The position numbers and the translations under genes are program-made. DNA of 64,000 bases. Origin: Alphaproteobacteria bacterium (GTDB lineage Bacteria > Pseudomonadota > Alphaproteobacteria > GCA-2731375). The notes under the pieces are model-generated. The model did not search any database. It saw only the letters and a list, made by a program, of their open reading frames with translations, and was not told the DNA's origin. Numbering within the stretch: position 1 is the first letter of the stretch; every line of letters starts with the position of its first letter. Where the stretch lies: the NCBI GenBank assembly GCA_021776235.1, contig JAJFGG010000086.1, positions 20,668 through 84,667 on the forward strand, read 5' to 3'. Positions 38,523 to 47,738 of the stretch are shown here, piece after piece.

Positions 38523-39974
38523 ATGAACCCGATTTTGCGCAAGGGAATGTGTTTTGTTTCCGCTTTGCCTTTTGCCGCCGTACTTGGTTTTGGCGTCTTT
38601 CCGGCTACAGTGGCGCTTGCCGACAGTATTTTCCCATTGGGCGACAAGACCCCGCTACATACGGTGAAGGAGGAATACGTCCCCTTCAAAGGTTTGGGCC
38701 AAATCCCTCATCGGCCGGAATTGCTCCTCGAAGCCGGTGATGGTTTTCTCGATACCGGCAAGCTTGACGCCGGGTTCGACGTTCCCATCCTGGGCGCCGT
38801 CTGGCAGCCGCGCCTGTGGTCCTATATGATCAACCGCACAGCCGTGCAGACATTTGACAATCATGCCCCTGGAACCGAGCGTGAAAGCGAAGTTGCCAAC
38901 CGGATGGATTTGTATGCCAACCTGCAACTCACCGGCACCGAGAAGGTGCTGCTTGGTTTGCGGCCTTTCGACAATAACCAGCCGCGCCGTTTTACGCGCT
39001 ATACCTTTGAAGGCGCCGAAGAGGACTCCAACAACGAATTAAACGTCGACGTGGAGACCCTGTTCTTTGAAGGGGACCTTGGCAGTCTGATACCCAACCT
39101 GGACCGCGCCGGGATAACGCCGCTGGATTACGGCTTTACCGTAGGGCGCCAGCCGATCACTTTCCAGGAAGGCATCCTGATCAACGATACTGTCGATTCC
39201 GTCGGCATCGTGCGCAACAATCTGTCGTTTCCAAACACCTCCAATTTGCGGATTTCAGGCATGTGGGCGTGGAACCGCCTGGATCGGAACGACCGCTCGC
39301 GCGGGGTTGAGTCAAATATGTTCGGGCTGTTTGGTTTCGCGGATGCCAACGTCAGTTCCTTCAATCTCGACGCCATCTACGTTGACGACAATGGCGAAGG
39401 CGACGGCTTTTACATTGGCGCCTCGGCGATCCAGCGGTTGCGCGGTTGGGGCGGCATCTCCACGGCCTTCCGGATCAACAGCTCCTTTGCGCTTGAAGAT
39501 GAAATAGGCGGCAACGTCATCGCCGATGGCACCCTGTTGACGGCGGAGATTTCATCATTGGTGACCGGGTCCGACGATATTGCATATTTCAATACCTTCG
39601 TCGGTATTGACAACTATACCCAGGCGGGGCGCGAGCGAATTGTCGGGGGGCCTTTGGCGAATACGGGAATTCTTTTCGCCTCACCCAATCTTTCGACCTA
39701 CGGCGCCGAGATCAATCCCTTCACCGAGGACGTGGCCGGCTTTGCCCTAGGGTATCAGGCCTTTTACGATCACAAGCGGCGAAATCTGATCCTGGAAATT
39801 GCCAGCCGCATAGATACCAAAGACGACAATGACACGAATGCGTTGGGCCTCGGCTTCCAGCTTCAGCAGGCCATTGGCCAGCGTGTCCAGCTGCAACTCG
39901 AGAGCTTTTATACCTTCCAGGAAGACCGCAATGATGCTTCGGGCATGCGTTTCGAAGTGCAGGTCGTCTATTGA
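38523..39974 (+). CDS. predicted outer-membrane beta-barrel protein of unknown family
   Basis: Signal peptide ending VALA, many amphipathic beta-strand-like segments rich in G/F/Y/N/D, and C-terminal GMRFEVQVVY with a terminal aromatic residue. The ORF extends to 38379. Confidence 0.65.
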   Translation: MNPILRKGMCFVSALPFAAVLGFGVFPATVALADSIFPLGDKTPLHTVKEEYVPFKGLGQIPHRPELLLEAGDGFLDTGKLDAGFDVPILGAVWQPRLWSYMINRTAVQTFDNHAPGTERESEVANRMDLYANLQLTGTEKVLLGLRPFDNNQPRRFTRYTFEGAEEDSNNELNVDVETLFFEGDLGSLIPNLDRAGITPLDYGFTVGRQPITFQEGILINDTVDSVGIVRNNLSFPNTSNLRISGMWAWNRLDRNDRSRGVESNMFGLFGFADANVSSFNLDAIYVDDNGEGDGFYIGASAIQRLRGWGGISTAFRINSSFALEDEIGGNVIADGTLLTAEISSLVTGSDDIAYFNTFVGIDNYTQAGRERIVGGPLANTGILFASPNLSTYGAEINPFTEDVAGFALGYQAFYDHKRRNLILEIASRIDTKDDNDTNALGLGFQLQQAIGQRVQLQLESFYTFQEDRNDASGMRFEVQVVY

Positions 39975-40113
39975 TCCACGGCTGGTGCGAGAACCGGCGC
40001 AAGAACGATAATCGTGTTTTCAATGAGTGGCTGGTGCGTCTGGACGTGCCGGATCGCAGGGAGAGGATCAGACCGGCAAGGCATCATCTCCACAGCGGAT
40101 TGAAACTAATTAT

Positions 40114-41565
40114 TTAGACCACCGCGTTGGAGAAGGCCTCTGGCAGGCTGAGGGGGGCAATGTCCCGGCTGCTGCGTCCGAGATAATCCTTGTCCGGCAC
40201 ACCGGCTTCCATGCGGGCCTGGCATTCAGCCAGTTGTCCCGCCGCCTCGTTACGGTCAAGGGTAAGGACCCGGTGATTTTCGACCACCAGATTACCGTCG
40301 ATGTAGACGTCCCGGACCGCCCGCTCTGCCGCCGAGTGAACAAGGCTGACAATTGGATCGCGCACCGGCGCCATGACCGGGTGAGTGGTATCCACGACAA
40401 CGATATCGGCTTTCGCACCCACGGCGAGCTTGCCGATATCGTCCCGCATCAGGGCCCGGGCGCCGCCAACGGTACCGGCGTGGAAGACATCCGAGGTCGA
40501 AGCGACCTGGCCATCATGGCTGGCGACCCGGCCCAGAATGGCGGCGTAGCGGAGGTCCTCCAGCATATTGTGGGGTATAGTGTCCGTGCCGATGGCCAAA
40601 ACGACGCCGGCATCCTTGTACTTGCCAAAATGCTCCAAAATCGTGCCATAGCGCATGAACGGCGTCGGGCAATGGGCGACGGCGGTTTCGCTGTCGCCAA
40701 GCAGGCCTAAATCTCTATCGGTATGCCAGCCGATCCAGGAATGCTGATCGATCGTGATGGCATGGCCCAGGATCGTACCCCGGCCCAACAGTCCCAGTTT
40801 GTCCAGATACTGGATCGGCGTGATGCCATGGCGCTGGACCATGACCTGATGTTCCACGACCGCCTGGGCGGCATGGGTTGTCCAGGGCAGGTTGCGCTCG
40901 CGCGCCGCCGCGTGGCTGTCGACCAGCATCTCGGTGTTGTTGTTGTCGATCTGAAACGGTGAGATCACACCGGACAGGCGGCCCGAGGAATGCGCCGCCA
41001 TTTGATCGACTATTTTCAGCGCGGCATCAAAATTGCGCCGCCCCAGGGCGATGTCTTCGACATATTTCAACTCATGGGCATTATCACGATGCCAACGGGC
41101 CGTGTTGAAACCAGGGGCGGCGAACAGGCGCAGACCACTGCGCTCCATGACATCGGCCCAACCGGGATAAGGAAAGGTGATATCGACCAGCGTCGTCACG
41201 CCGCTCAACATCAGATCCGCATAAGCGACCTCGGCGCCAATCTTCATATCCTCGGGATCGATGGGAAAGGAACAGGACCGCTCGTACAGGCCGGTCATGT
41301 AATGTTCGCGGACGCTGTGATCTTCGCGAATGCCACGATACATGACCTCGCTGGCGGGATGAGAATGAACGTCGACCAGACCGGGCATCAGGCATAGGCC
41401 GGCGCCGTCGATGACACGATCAGCGGGGCCCTCGTGGGCCCTTCCGATGTGGCTGATCCGGTTGCCGTCAAAAACCAGATCTCCGCCCTTGATATAGGTG
41501 TGGGATTTCAGATTCTCATCCCAGGCGACGATCCAATCCACGTTTGAATAGTGTACGATGCTCAT
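40114..41565 (-). CDS. amidohydrolase family protein (chlorohydrolase/deaminase-like)
   Basis: PGLVDVHSH, THAAQ, LGH, HCP, GTD, GKLxxGxKAD. GGAGG RBS before ATG 41565. Confidence 0.88.
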   Translation of the reverse strand: MSIVHYSNVDWIVAWDENLKSHTYIKGGDLVFDGNRISHIGRAHEGPADRVIDGAGLCLMPGLVDVHSHPASEVMYRGIREDHSVREHYMTGLYERSCSFPIDPEDMKIGAEVAYADLMLSGVTTLVDITFPYPGWADVMERSGLRLFAAPGFNTARWHRDNAHELKYVEDIALGRRNFDAALKIVDQMAAHSSGRLSGVISPFQIDNNNTEMLVDSHAAARERNLPWTTHAAQAVVEHQVMVQRHGITPIQYLDKLGLLGRGTILGHAITIDQHSWIGWHTDRDLGLLGDSETAVAHCPTPFMRYGTILEHFGKYKDAGVVLAIGTDTIPHNMLEDLRYAAILGRVASHDGQVASTSDVFHAGTVGGARALMRDDIGKLAVGAKADIVVVDTTHPVMAPVRDPIVSLVHSAAERAVRDVYIDGNLVVENHRVLTLDRNEAAGQLAECQARMEAGVPDKDYLGRSSRDIAPLSLPEAFSNAVV

Positions 41566-41738
41566 GATGGCTCCTCCCGGCTCCAATGCATTATGAAATT
41601 ATGCAATGAATCGAGGCAATCAGATAGTGCTCACGGGGCATGACTTAACCAGACGGCCAGCGCGCCGCCAGAACATACGAACCCTGGAAAGTGCCGGCAC
41701 TGTGTGCCACCATGGGTTTTTTTAATTGGGGGAATGCC

Positions 41739-43016
41739 ATGAACGAGCTCAAGGACATCTCGGACCACGTAGCGGCGGCGGCGGACACAGATTCGTCTCC
41801 CTATGTGCCGAGCCTCCAACTCACGGACGGGCAGCCGGCTCCCATCGCTGCGAACGGAGGTTTATCTTACATGTCGTTCGATCGGGGCGGCGACGCGGGA
41901 ACCGCCGCGGCAACGGAGGCAGCACTCATCCAGATTGCCCAGGGGAACGGACAGGCGGTTATCGACATGCTCGACAATGCGCCCCCCGGCCCCATCGAGA
42001 CCAAGGGGGGCCTGGGGTTTCGAGACTATGAGGAGTGCCTGGAATATATCCGGGCGAACAACATCCAGGCCCCTGAAGGCGGCCTGGCGTTGCCGCTGCG
42101 CTATACTGTCAACCAACAACCGTCCTACTCCATCGTCTCGTCCAACGCACTCTGGCAGGACCCGGCGCGCGAGGCCGACGCAAAGGCCTTGCGCAAGGAC
42201 GAGCAGGACAACGGTCGGCGATGCCTTTATTTTCCCCAGGTGATGCGCGATGCGCGGCGAATGGAGGAATACTACCCAGGCCTCTCGCCCAGTAGCCCCG
42301 AATGCATGGACAGGCTTGGCGTATCGCTGGCCCATTGCGAGTCCGAATGCGAGAATTTCTATGACGCCGCGGAAGTGGAGCGCGTGTTCTATCCGGAGAT
42401 GGAGAAACTCCTGTTGGAATTTTTCCCCGGCGCGACGGATGCCCTCGTTTACAATCACGACGTTTTTGACAAGGACTATCAGGGCGACCGCACGGAAGAC
42501 CAGGACAACAAGAACCCGGGCGTCAATGCCAACTATGCCAACCTCGTGCACAACGATCTGAACGACAACAGCGGCCGCGTGCGCTGCCGCGAGCTGCTCA
42601 CGAAGAACCTGCGGAACTTCGGGCGTGAACAGCACTACACCGAGGCGCAGGCCGACGCGAAGATGTCGCGGCGGTTCATGTCGATCAACCTCGCCAAGCC
42701 CATGGAGACCGTGCGCCAGAACCCCTTCGTGCTCTGCGCCTGGCCCTCTTTCGCCGACCAGCCGTATATCACCAACTACCGGGTCTATGACGACCGCGTC
42801 GGCGAGACCACCCGTTTTACCCACCGCCCCGGCCACGAGTGGTACTGGTTTCCCGAGCAGAAGCCCACCGAGGTCTCCATGCTCAAGTGCTACGACTCCG
42901 TCACCGACGGCTCCGTCTCGCGCTGGTCGTTCCACACCGCCTGCATCGACCCAACCGCCCCTGACGATGCGCCCTGCCGCAGGAATGTCGTGGTCCGGTC
43001 CTATGTCTTCTTTTAG
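41739..43016 (+). CDS. CmcJ/NvfI-like Fe(II)/2OG-type oxidoreductase with N-terminal extension
   Basis: FYPEME, VHND (HxD), INxxxP, HEWYWFP, LKCYDS, FHTA and terminal R-x-x-x-x-V-R. Confidence 0.65.
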   Translation: MNELKDISDHVAAAADTDSSPYVPSLQLTDGQPAPIAANGGLSYMSFDRGGDAGTAAATEAALIQIAQGNGQAVIDMLDNAPPGPIETKGGLGFRDYEECLEYIRANNIQAPEGGLALPLRYTVNQQPSYSIVSSNALWQDPAREADAKALRKDEQDNGRRCLYFPQVMRDARRMEEYYPGLSPSSPECMDRLGVSLAHCESECENFYDAAEVERVFYPEMEKLLLEFFPGATDALVYNHDVFDKDYQGDRTEDQDNKNPGVNANYANLVHNDLNDNSGRVRCRELLTKNLRNFGREQHYTEAQADAKMSRRFMSINLAKPMETVRQNPFVLCAWPSFADQPYITNYRVYDDRVGETTRFTHRPGHEWYWFPEQKPTEVSMLKCYDSVTDGSVSRWSFHTACIDPTAPDDAPCRRNVVVRSYVFF

Positions 43017-43213
43017 GCAGACAAGAAAACATAGCGTCGAGGGGGCCTGGGCGGCCGGATCAATAAAAGGGACACCAAAGAAGTGACCCGGTAGGGATTG
43101 GCTGTCGGAAATCTGAAAGATATGCATGGCGGCTTCTGGCACCGGTCCGCCGAACACCGGCATCAGGCCAATTTCCGCCTGGCCTCAGGCCCGGACGCGG
43201 TCAGGGGCATGCC

Positions 43214-44209
43214 CTAATGCGAACCGATCCTAATCACCATTTTGCCCAGTGCGGATCGGTTTTGCATGGTTTTGAATGCTTCCTGGAAGTTGTCAAAGTC
43301 GAATATCCTGCCGATTACCGGTTCGAGAGCCTTGTTTTCAAGCCATGTGTGCAGCTTCCCGATAAGTGTTTCCTGTAACCCCGGCTCCTGATGGGCGATC
43401 TGTGCCAAATCAACGCCCAGTAAAAAGCCGCCCTTTAGCAGTGGCAGGTTAAATCGCAGAGACGGTATTTCGCCGGATGCGAACCCGACGACGACGTGGC
43501 GGCCATTCCATGCGATCGAACGGAAAGCCTGCTCCGAAACATCGCCGCCAACAGGATCAAAAATAACGTCGGCGCCGTGGCCGGCGGTCAACGCCTTGAG
43601 GGTATCGCGCCAGTCGGGCTGGGAATAATCCAGAGTCTCATCGGCGCCGCATTGCCTCGCAAAATCACGTTTTTCTTCCGTCGAGGCGGCCGCAATGACC
43701 CGCGCTCCAAGCAGCTTGCCGATCTGTACCGCGGCCGAGCCGACACCTCCGGCGGCGCCCAGCACAAAAAGGCACTCTCCGGGCCGGAGCGCAGCACGCG
43801 CGTCCAGCGCGTATAGCGCCGTAAGATAATTGGCGTTAAGGGAGGCCCCGACCTCTGGCGTGATACCATTCGGCATGATCTGCGCCTCCGAGGCTGGTAT
43901 GACCAGATACTCCGCCAAGGCTCCATTTTTTGCCATACCCATTACCGGCGTACCAGGCGCAAAGCCCTGCACGTTGTTTGGCACGTCATTGGCCACATCG
44001 TCGACTATGCCGGCGAACTCCGTTCCAGGCGTAAATGGCAGAGGGTCTTTTGTTTGGTACAAGCCCTGAACTTTCAAACCATCGACAAACCCTATGCTCG
44101 CCGCCTGGACCCTCACCAGCAACTGCCCCTCGGAGATCGTCGGTGTTTCAACATCCCTGATACGGATGTTGTCGATCGCATCGTATTTTTCGACCAGAAC
44201 GGCTCTCAT
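43214..44209 (-). CDS. NADPH:quinone oxidoreductase (MDR/Qor) family protein
   Basis: GxYQxKxPLPFTPGxE, VLGAAGGVG, DPVGG, VGFASG, GKxV. Confidence 0.9.
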   Translation of the reverse strand: MRAVLVEKYDAIDNIRIRDVETPTISEGQLLVRVQAASIGFVDGLKVQGLYQTKDPLPFTPGTEFAGIVDDVANDVPNNVQGFAPGTPVMGMAKNGALAEYLVIPASEAQIMPNGITPEVGASLNANYLTALYALDARAALRPGECLFVLGAAGGVGSAAVQIGKLLGARVIAAASTEEKRDFARQCGADETLDYSQPDWRDTLKALTAGHGADVIFDPVGGDVSEQAFRSIAWNGRHVVVGFASGEIPSLRFNLPLLKGGFLLGVDLAQIAHQEPGLQETLIGKLHTWLENKALEPVIGRIFDFDNFQEAFKTMQNRSALGKMVIRIGSH

Positions 44210-44333
44210 TTTGTCACCCTCAGCGCTTTGGAATTTGCCTGGAGAAAACCCGGTCTGCTGTGCGACACCCGGCGTAGGAAAAGCATTCTCCAGCGCGGTT
44301 CATGGTTTTCGTCCCATCAAATGACCCAGGACA

Positions 44334-45737
44334 CTAGATGGTGGCTCGGGTTCGCAGCCGTAGGGCGAAGATCGCAGTGATGAGGCCGGCGGCAACGAGG
44401 AGCCACCAGATGCGCGCGAACCCGGCGAGGAGGTCTTCGGTTTCGGTGGCGGCTCCGAGGAGGGCGATCGTCAGGGCGACACCGAACGATCCGCCGAACT
44501 GGCGGACGGCTTGGGTCACCGCGCCGCCGACACCGGTCCGGTTTGCTGGCAGTGCCTGGGCCGACACGCTGGTGACTTGAGGAAAGATCAGCGCGATGGC
44601 GATGCCGTCCAGGGCAAGCGGTATGGCGATAGCGGTTAAGTAATCGATGTCCGCGGTGAGAAACACTGCGCGATAGAGGGCGCTTGTCGCGAACACCGAC
44701 CCGCCAAGAATGACCAGTGGCCGTTGCCCGATCTGTCCCGCGAGCTTGCCAAAACGAGGTGCCAGGATGGCGGCGAGGACGGGGCCCGGGGTGAGCGCCA
44801 GACCAGCCTTGAGGATGGACCACTCCCACACATTCACGAGGAACAGAATCAGCCCGAAGAACATGGCTGAGAAGGCCATTGAGAAGCTGAACATTGCGAG
44901 ATTACCCCAACGGAAGTTCCCGAGGGCAAAAAGCTCGAGATCAAGGGTCGGAGACTCGGTCCATCGCTGGTGGGCGATAAAGGCGCCCAGAAGGACCAGC
45001 CCGGTGGCGAGGACGACCGTGGTTTGGGTGCTCGCCCAGCCGACCGTGTCCGATTCGACCAAGGCATATGACACCGCCCCGGCCGCGAGGGCTATGAGTA
45101 CGACGCCTATGAGTGAGGGAATACGGATGGTCGGATCTCTTGATTCGCGCAGACAACGGAAGCCAGCGGCAAGGGTGACGACGCCGATGGGCAGGTTGAG
45201 GAAGAAGGCCCACCTCCAGCCGAGAGTATCGACGATTAACGCACCGAGCGAGGGTCCCAGCGCGGCAGAGAGCGCCCCGATAGCACCCCAGATAGCCACG
45301 ACTTGTGGCAGTTTTTCGCGGGGAAACGCAGCCATGACAAGCGCCAGTGACGCCGGGACGAGGATCGCGGCGCCGGTGCCCTGAAGGACGCGGGCCACGA
45401 TCAACCACTCGACATTCGATGCCAGGCCACAGCCCATTGAAGCAATGGTGAATGTGGTCGAACCCACGAGGAAAGCCCGCCGGTGCCCAAGACGGTCCGC
45501 GAGCTTGCCCGCCGGGACCAGTAGCGCCGCGAAGATGATGGTGTACCCGTTCAGTACCCACGACAGGGTCGATGCGGGGGAACTGCCGAAACTGTTGGTA
45601 ATGTCGGGAAAAGCAACGAACAGGATTGTCGCATCCAGATAGGTCACCATTGCCGCGAGGCCGGCGATGCCGAGGGTCAGCCGGCCGCGGCGAGTCTCAT
45701 CGCTGGCTGCGGCGGCGGTCGCCTTTGCCTGGGTCAT
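44334..45737 (-). CDS. MFS transporter, DHA2/EmrB-like
   Basis: LDxTIxxVAxP, GKLADRLGHRR (motif A), GWRWAFFLNLPIG, about 14 TM segments. Confidence 0.88.
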   Translation of the reverse strand: MTQAKATAAAASDETRRGRLTLGIAGLAAMVTYLDATILFVAFPDITNSFGSSPASTLSWVLNGYTIIFAALLVPAGKLADRLGHRRAFLVGSTTFTIASMGCGLASNVEWLIVARVLQGTGAAILVPASLALVMAAFPREKLPQVVAIWGAIGALSAALGPSLGALIVDTLGWRWAFFLNLPIGVVTLAAGFRCLRESRDPTIRIPSLIGVVLIALAAGAVSYALVESDTVGWASTQTTVVLATGLVLLGAFIAHQRWTESPTLDLELFALGNFRWGNLAMFSFSMAFSAMFFGLILFLVNVWEWSILKAGLALTPGPVLAAILAPRFGKLAGQIGQRPLVILGGSVFATSALYRAVFLTADIDYLTAIAIPLALDGIAIALIFPQVTSVSAQALPANRTGVGGAVTQAVRQFGGSFGVALTIALLGAATETEDLLAGFARIWWLLVAAGLITAIFALRLRTRATI

Positions 45738-45770
45738 GGTCTGGGTCTCATCGAAGGCGGGATTATAATG

Positions 45771-45816
45771 CTTGCAAAGAACAAGTGATTTTACAGAAAC
45801 ACTTGTTCTTTGCAAG
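45771..45816. promoter_or_regulatory. perfect 17-bp inverted repeat, putative double operator between divergent MFS and HxlR genes
   Basis: CTTGCAAAGAACAAGTG (45771-45787), 12-bp spacer, CACTTGTTCTTTGCAAG (45800-45816). Each arm contains CTTG-N7-CAAG. Confidence 0.7.
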
Positions 45817-45843
45817 GAATTCGAAACCAGTTATGCTAAGGCT

Positions 45844-46260
45844 ATGATTTACGAGCCTAATCAATGCCCAATTCGTTTTGGGCTCGGTGTATTCGGGGAT
45901 CGCTGGTCGTTATTGATCATCCGCGACATGATGTTTCGCGGCGTTACGCGGTTTCAGGGCTTCCTGGATGCTGACGAAGGCATTTCGACCAACGTGCTGT
46001 CGGACCGGCTCCGTCGACTCGAAACGCAGCAAATCATCAGCCGGAAAAAGGATCCGTCCAACGGACGCCAAGTCATATACCAGCTGACCGACAAGGGAAA
46101 AGACCTGCTCCCTATCATACTGGCAATCTTCGCCTGGGCCGAAAAGCATGACCCGGAAACCCGTGTTTCCAGCCAGTTGGCCGATCAAATACGAACGGAT
46201 TTGTTTGCCGCCCGCGATGACATTCTGGCCACCATCAAGCAGTCAATTTCGCAGACTTGA
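45844..46260 (+). CDS. HxlR/DUF24 family winged-HTH regulator
   Basis: CPI...GDRWSLLIIRD, GISxNVLSDRL, YxLTxKGxDL. Has the N-terminal Cys typical of redox-sensing members. Confidence 0.9.
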   Translation: MIYEPNQCPIRFGLGVFGDRWSLLIIRDMMFRGVTRFQGFLDADEGISTNVLSDRLRRLETQQIISRKKDPSNGRQVIYQLTDKGKDLLPIILAIFAWAEKHDPETRVSSQLADQIRTDLFAARDDILATIKQSISQT

Positions 46261-46430
46261 TTTGCCCACAGGCAATCCCTCCAAGTAGACGTGGCGAAAC
46301 AGGGCTCTGACTGCCGAAATCGAGTCAACGCATCCTGTACCCGGGACTCTGACTGAAATACCAGCTACAACTCAGGCCGTATGCCATTACAGGTTTTCCT
46401 GACGCCGCCGCAGCTACATAGAGAAATGCG

Positions 46431-47681
46431 ATGTCTGATATTTCCCAACCGACCCCCAATGAGGTCGCTTCCGATGATGTCCCCCTGGATCAGATCAACG
46501 TCGCCAGGCCCGGCATCTTTCAAAACGAAACCTGGCGGCCCCTGTTCGCGCGCCTGCGCCGGGAGGCGCCGGTACATTACTGCGCCGAAAGTGAGTTTGG
46601 CCCCTATTGGTCGGTCACCAAGTACGACGACATCATGGCGGTCGAGCTTGATCACGGGGTTTATTCGTCTGAAAAGGGCATTTCGATTGCTGATGCCAGC
46701 CCGGAAGAGGCGTTGCCCAGCTTCATCAGCATGGACCCGCCAAAACACACTGCCCAGCGTAAAACCGTAGCGCCGGTTGTTGCGCCAGCCAACCTGCGGA
46801 ATTTCGAAGCCACCATCCGCGAACGCACGGCGCTGGCGCTCGATGCCCTGCCCCTGAATGAAACCATCGACTGGGTGAAGAAAGTCTCGGTGCCGCTGAC
46901 CACCATGATGCTGGCGACCCTGTTTGACTTTCCCTGGGAAGACCGCGACAAGCTGACCTTTTGGTCCGATGTCACCATCGCCAACGTGAACGACCCGGAT
47001 TCGCCGGTTGACAGTATGGAAGAGCGCATGGCCGAACTGCACAAGATGGCGGCCTATTTTTCCGAGCTTTGGGCCGCGAAGGCAAAGGCCGCGCCGAGCT
47101 TCGACCTGATCTCGATGTTGGCTCATTCAAGTGCGACCAGGGACATGCCGTTCCAGGAATTCATGGGTAATCTGGGCCTGCTGATCGTCGGCGGCAACGA
47201 TACGACGCGCAATTCCATGACCGGGGGCGTGCTGTTCCTGCACGAAAATCCGGGTGAAAACCGCAAACTGCGCGCGGACCCCGGCCTGATCGCCAGCATG
47301 GTGCCGGAGATCATCCGCCACCAGACGCCGGTCGTCCACATGCGCCGCACGGCCACCCGGGACACGGAACTGCAGGGACAGAAAATCGCCGCCGGCGACA
47401 AGGTGGTGATGTGGTACCTGTCGGGCAACCGGGATGAAACCGCGATCGAGGAGCCGGAACGTTTTATCATCGACCGCAAGAAAGCCCGCCGCCACCTGTC
47501 CTATGGCGCCGGCATCCACCGCTGCGTCGGTGACCGCCTGGCGGATCAACAGCTGCGCATCCTGTGGGAAGAAATTCTCAAGCGGAATATGGCGATCGAA
47601 GTCGTCGGCAAACCGGCCCGGGTCTATTCAACCTTCATCCGCGGCATCCGCAGCCTGCCGGTTCGCGTCACCGCCGCATAG
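46431..47681 (+). CDS. cytochrome P450, CYP153-like
   Basis: GPYWSVTKY, FISMDPPKH, LLIVGGNDTTRNS (I helix), EIIR, HMRRTA, heme motif YGAGIHRCVG. Confidence 0.9.
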   Translation: MSDISQPTPNEVASDDVPLDQINVARPGIFQNETWRPLFARLRREAPVHYCAESEFGPYWSVTKYDDIMAVELDHGVYSSEKGISIADASPEEALPSFISMDPPKHTAQRKTVAPVVAPANLRNFEATIRERTALALDALPLNETIDWVKKVSVPLTTMMLATLFDFPWEDRDKLTFWSDVTIANVNDPDSPVDSMEERMAELHKMAAYFSELWAAKAKAAPSFDLISMLAHSSATRDMPFQEFMGNLGLLIVGGNDTTRNSMTGGVLFLHENPGENRKLRADPGLIASMVPEIIRHQTPVVHMRRTATRDTELQGQKIAAGDKVVMWYLSGNRDETAIEEPERFIIDRKKARRHLSYGAGIHRCVGDRLADQQLRILWEEILKRNMAIEVVGKPARVYSTFIRGIRSLPVRVTAA

Positions 47682-47738
47682 ACAGGCTCTAATAGGTGAG
47701 CCCATAAAAATATGCGCGACTGCCGCTGACTATGCGCG

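Noticed and set aside
41862-43163. 433-aa minus-strand ORF
   Set aside because: Antisense shadow of the CmcJ-like gene, which has the recognisable motifs.
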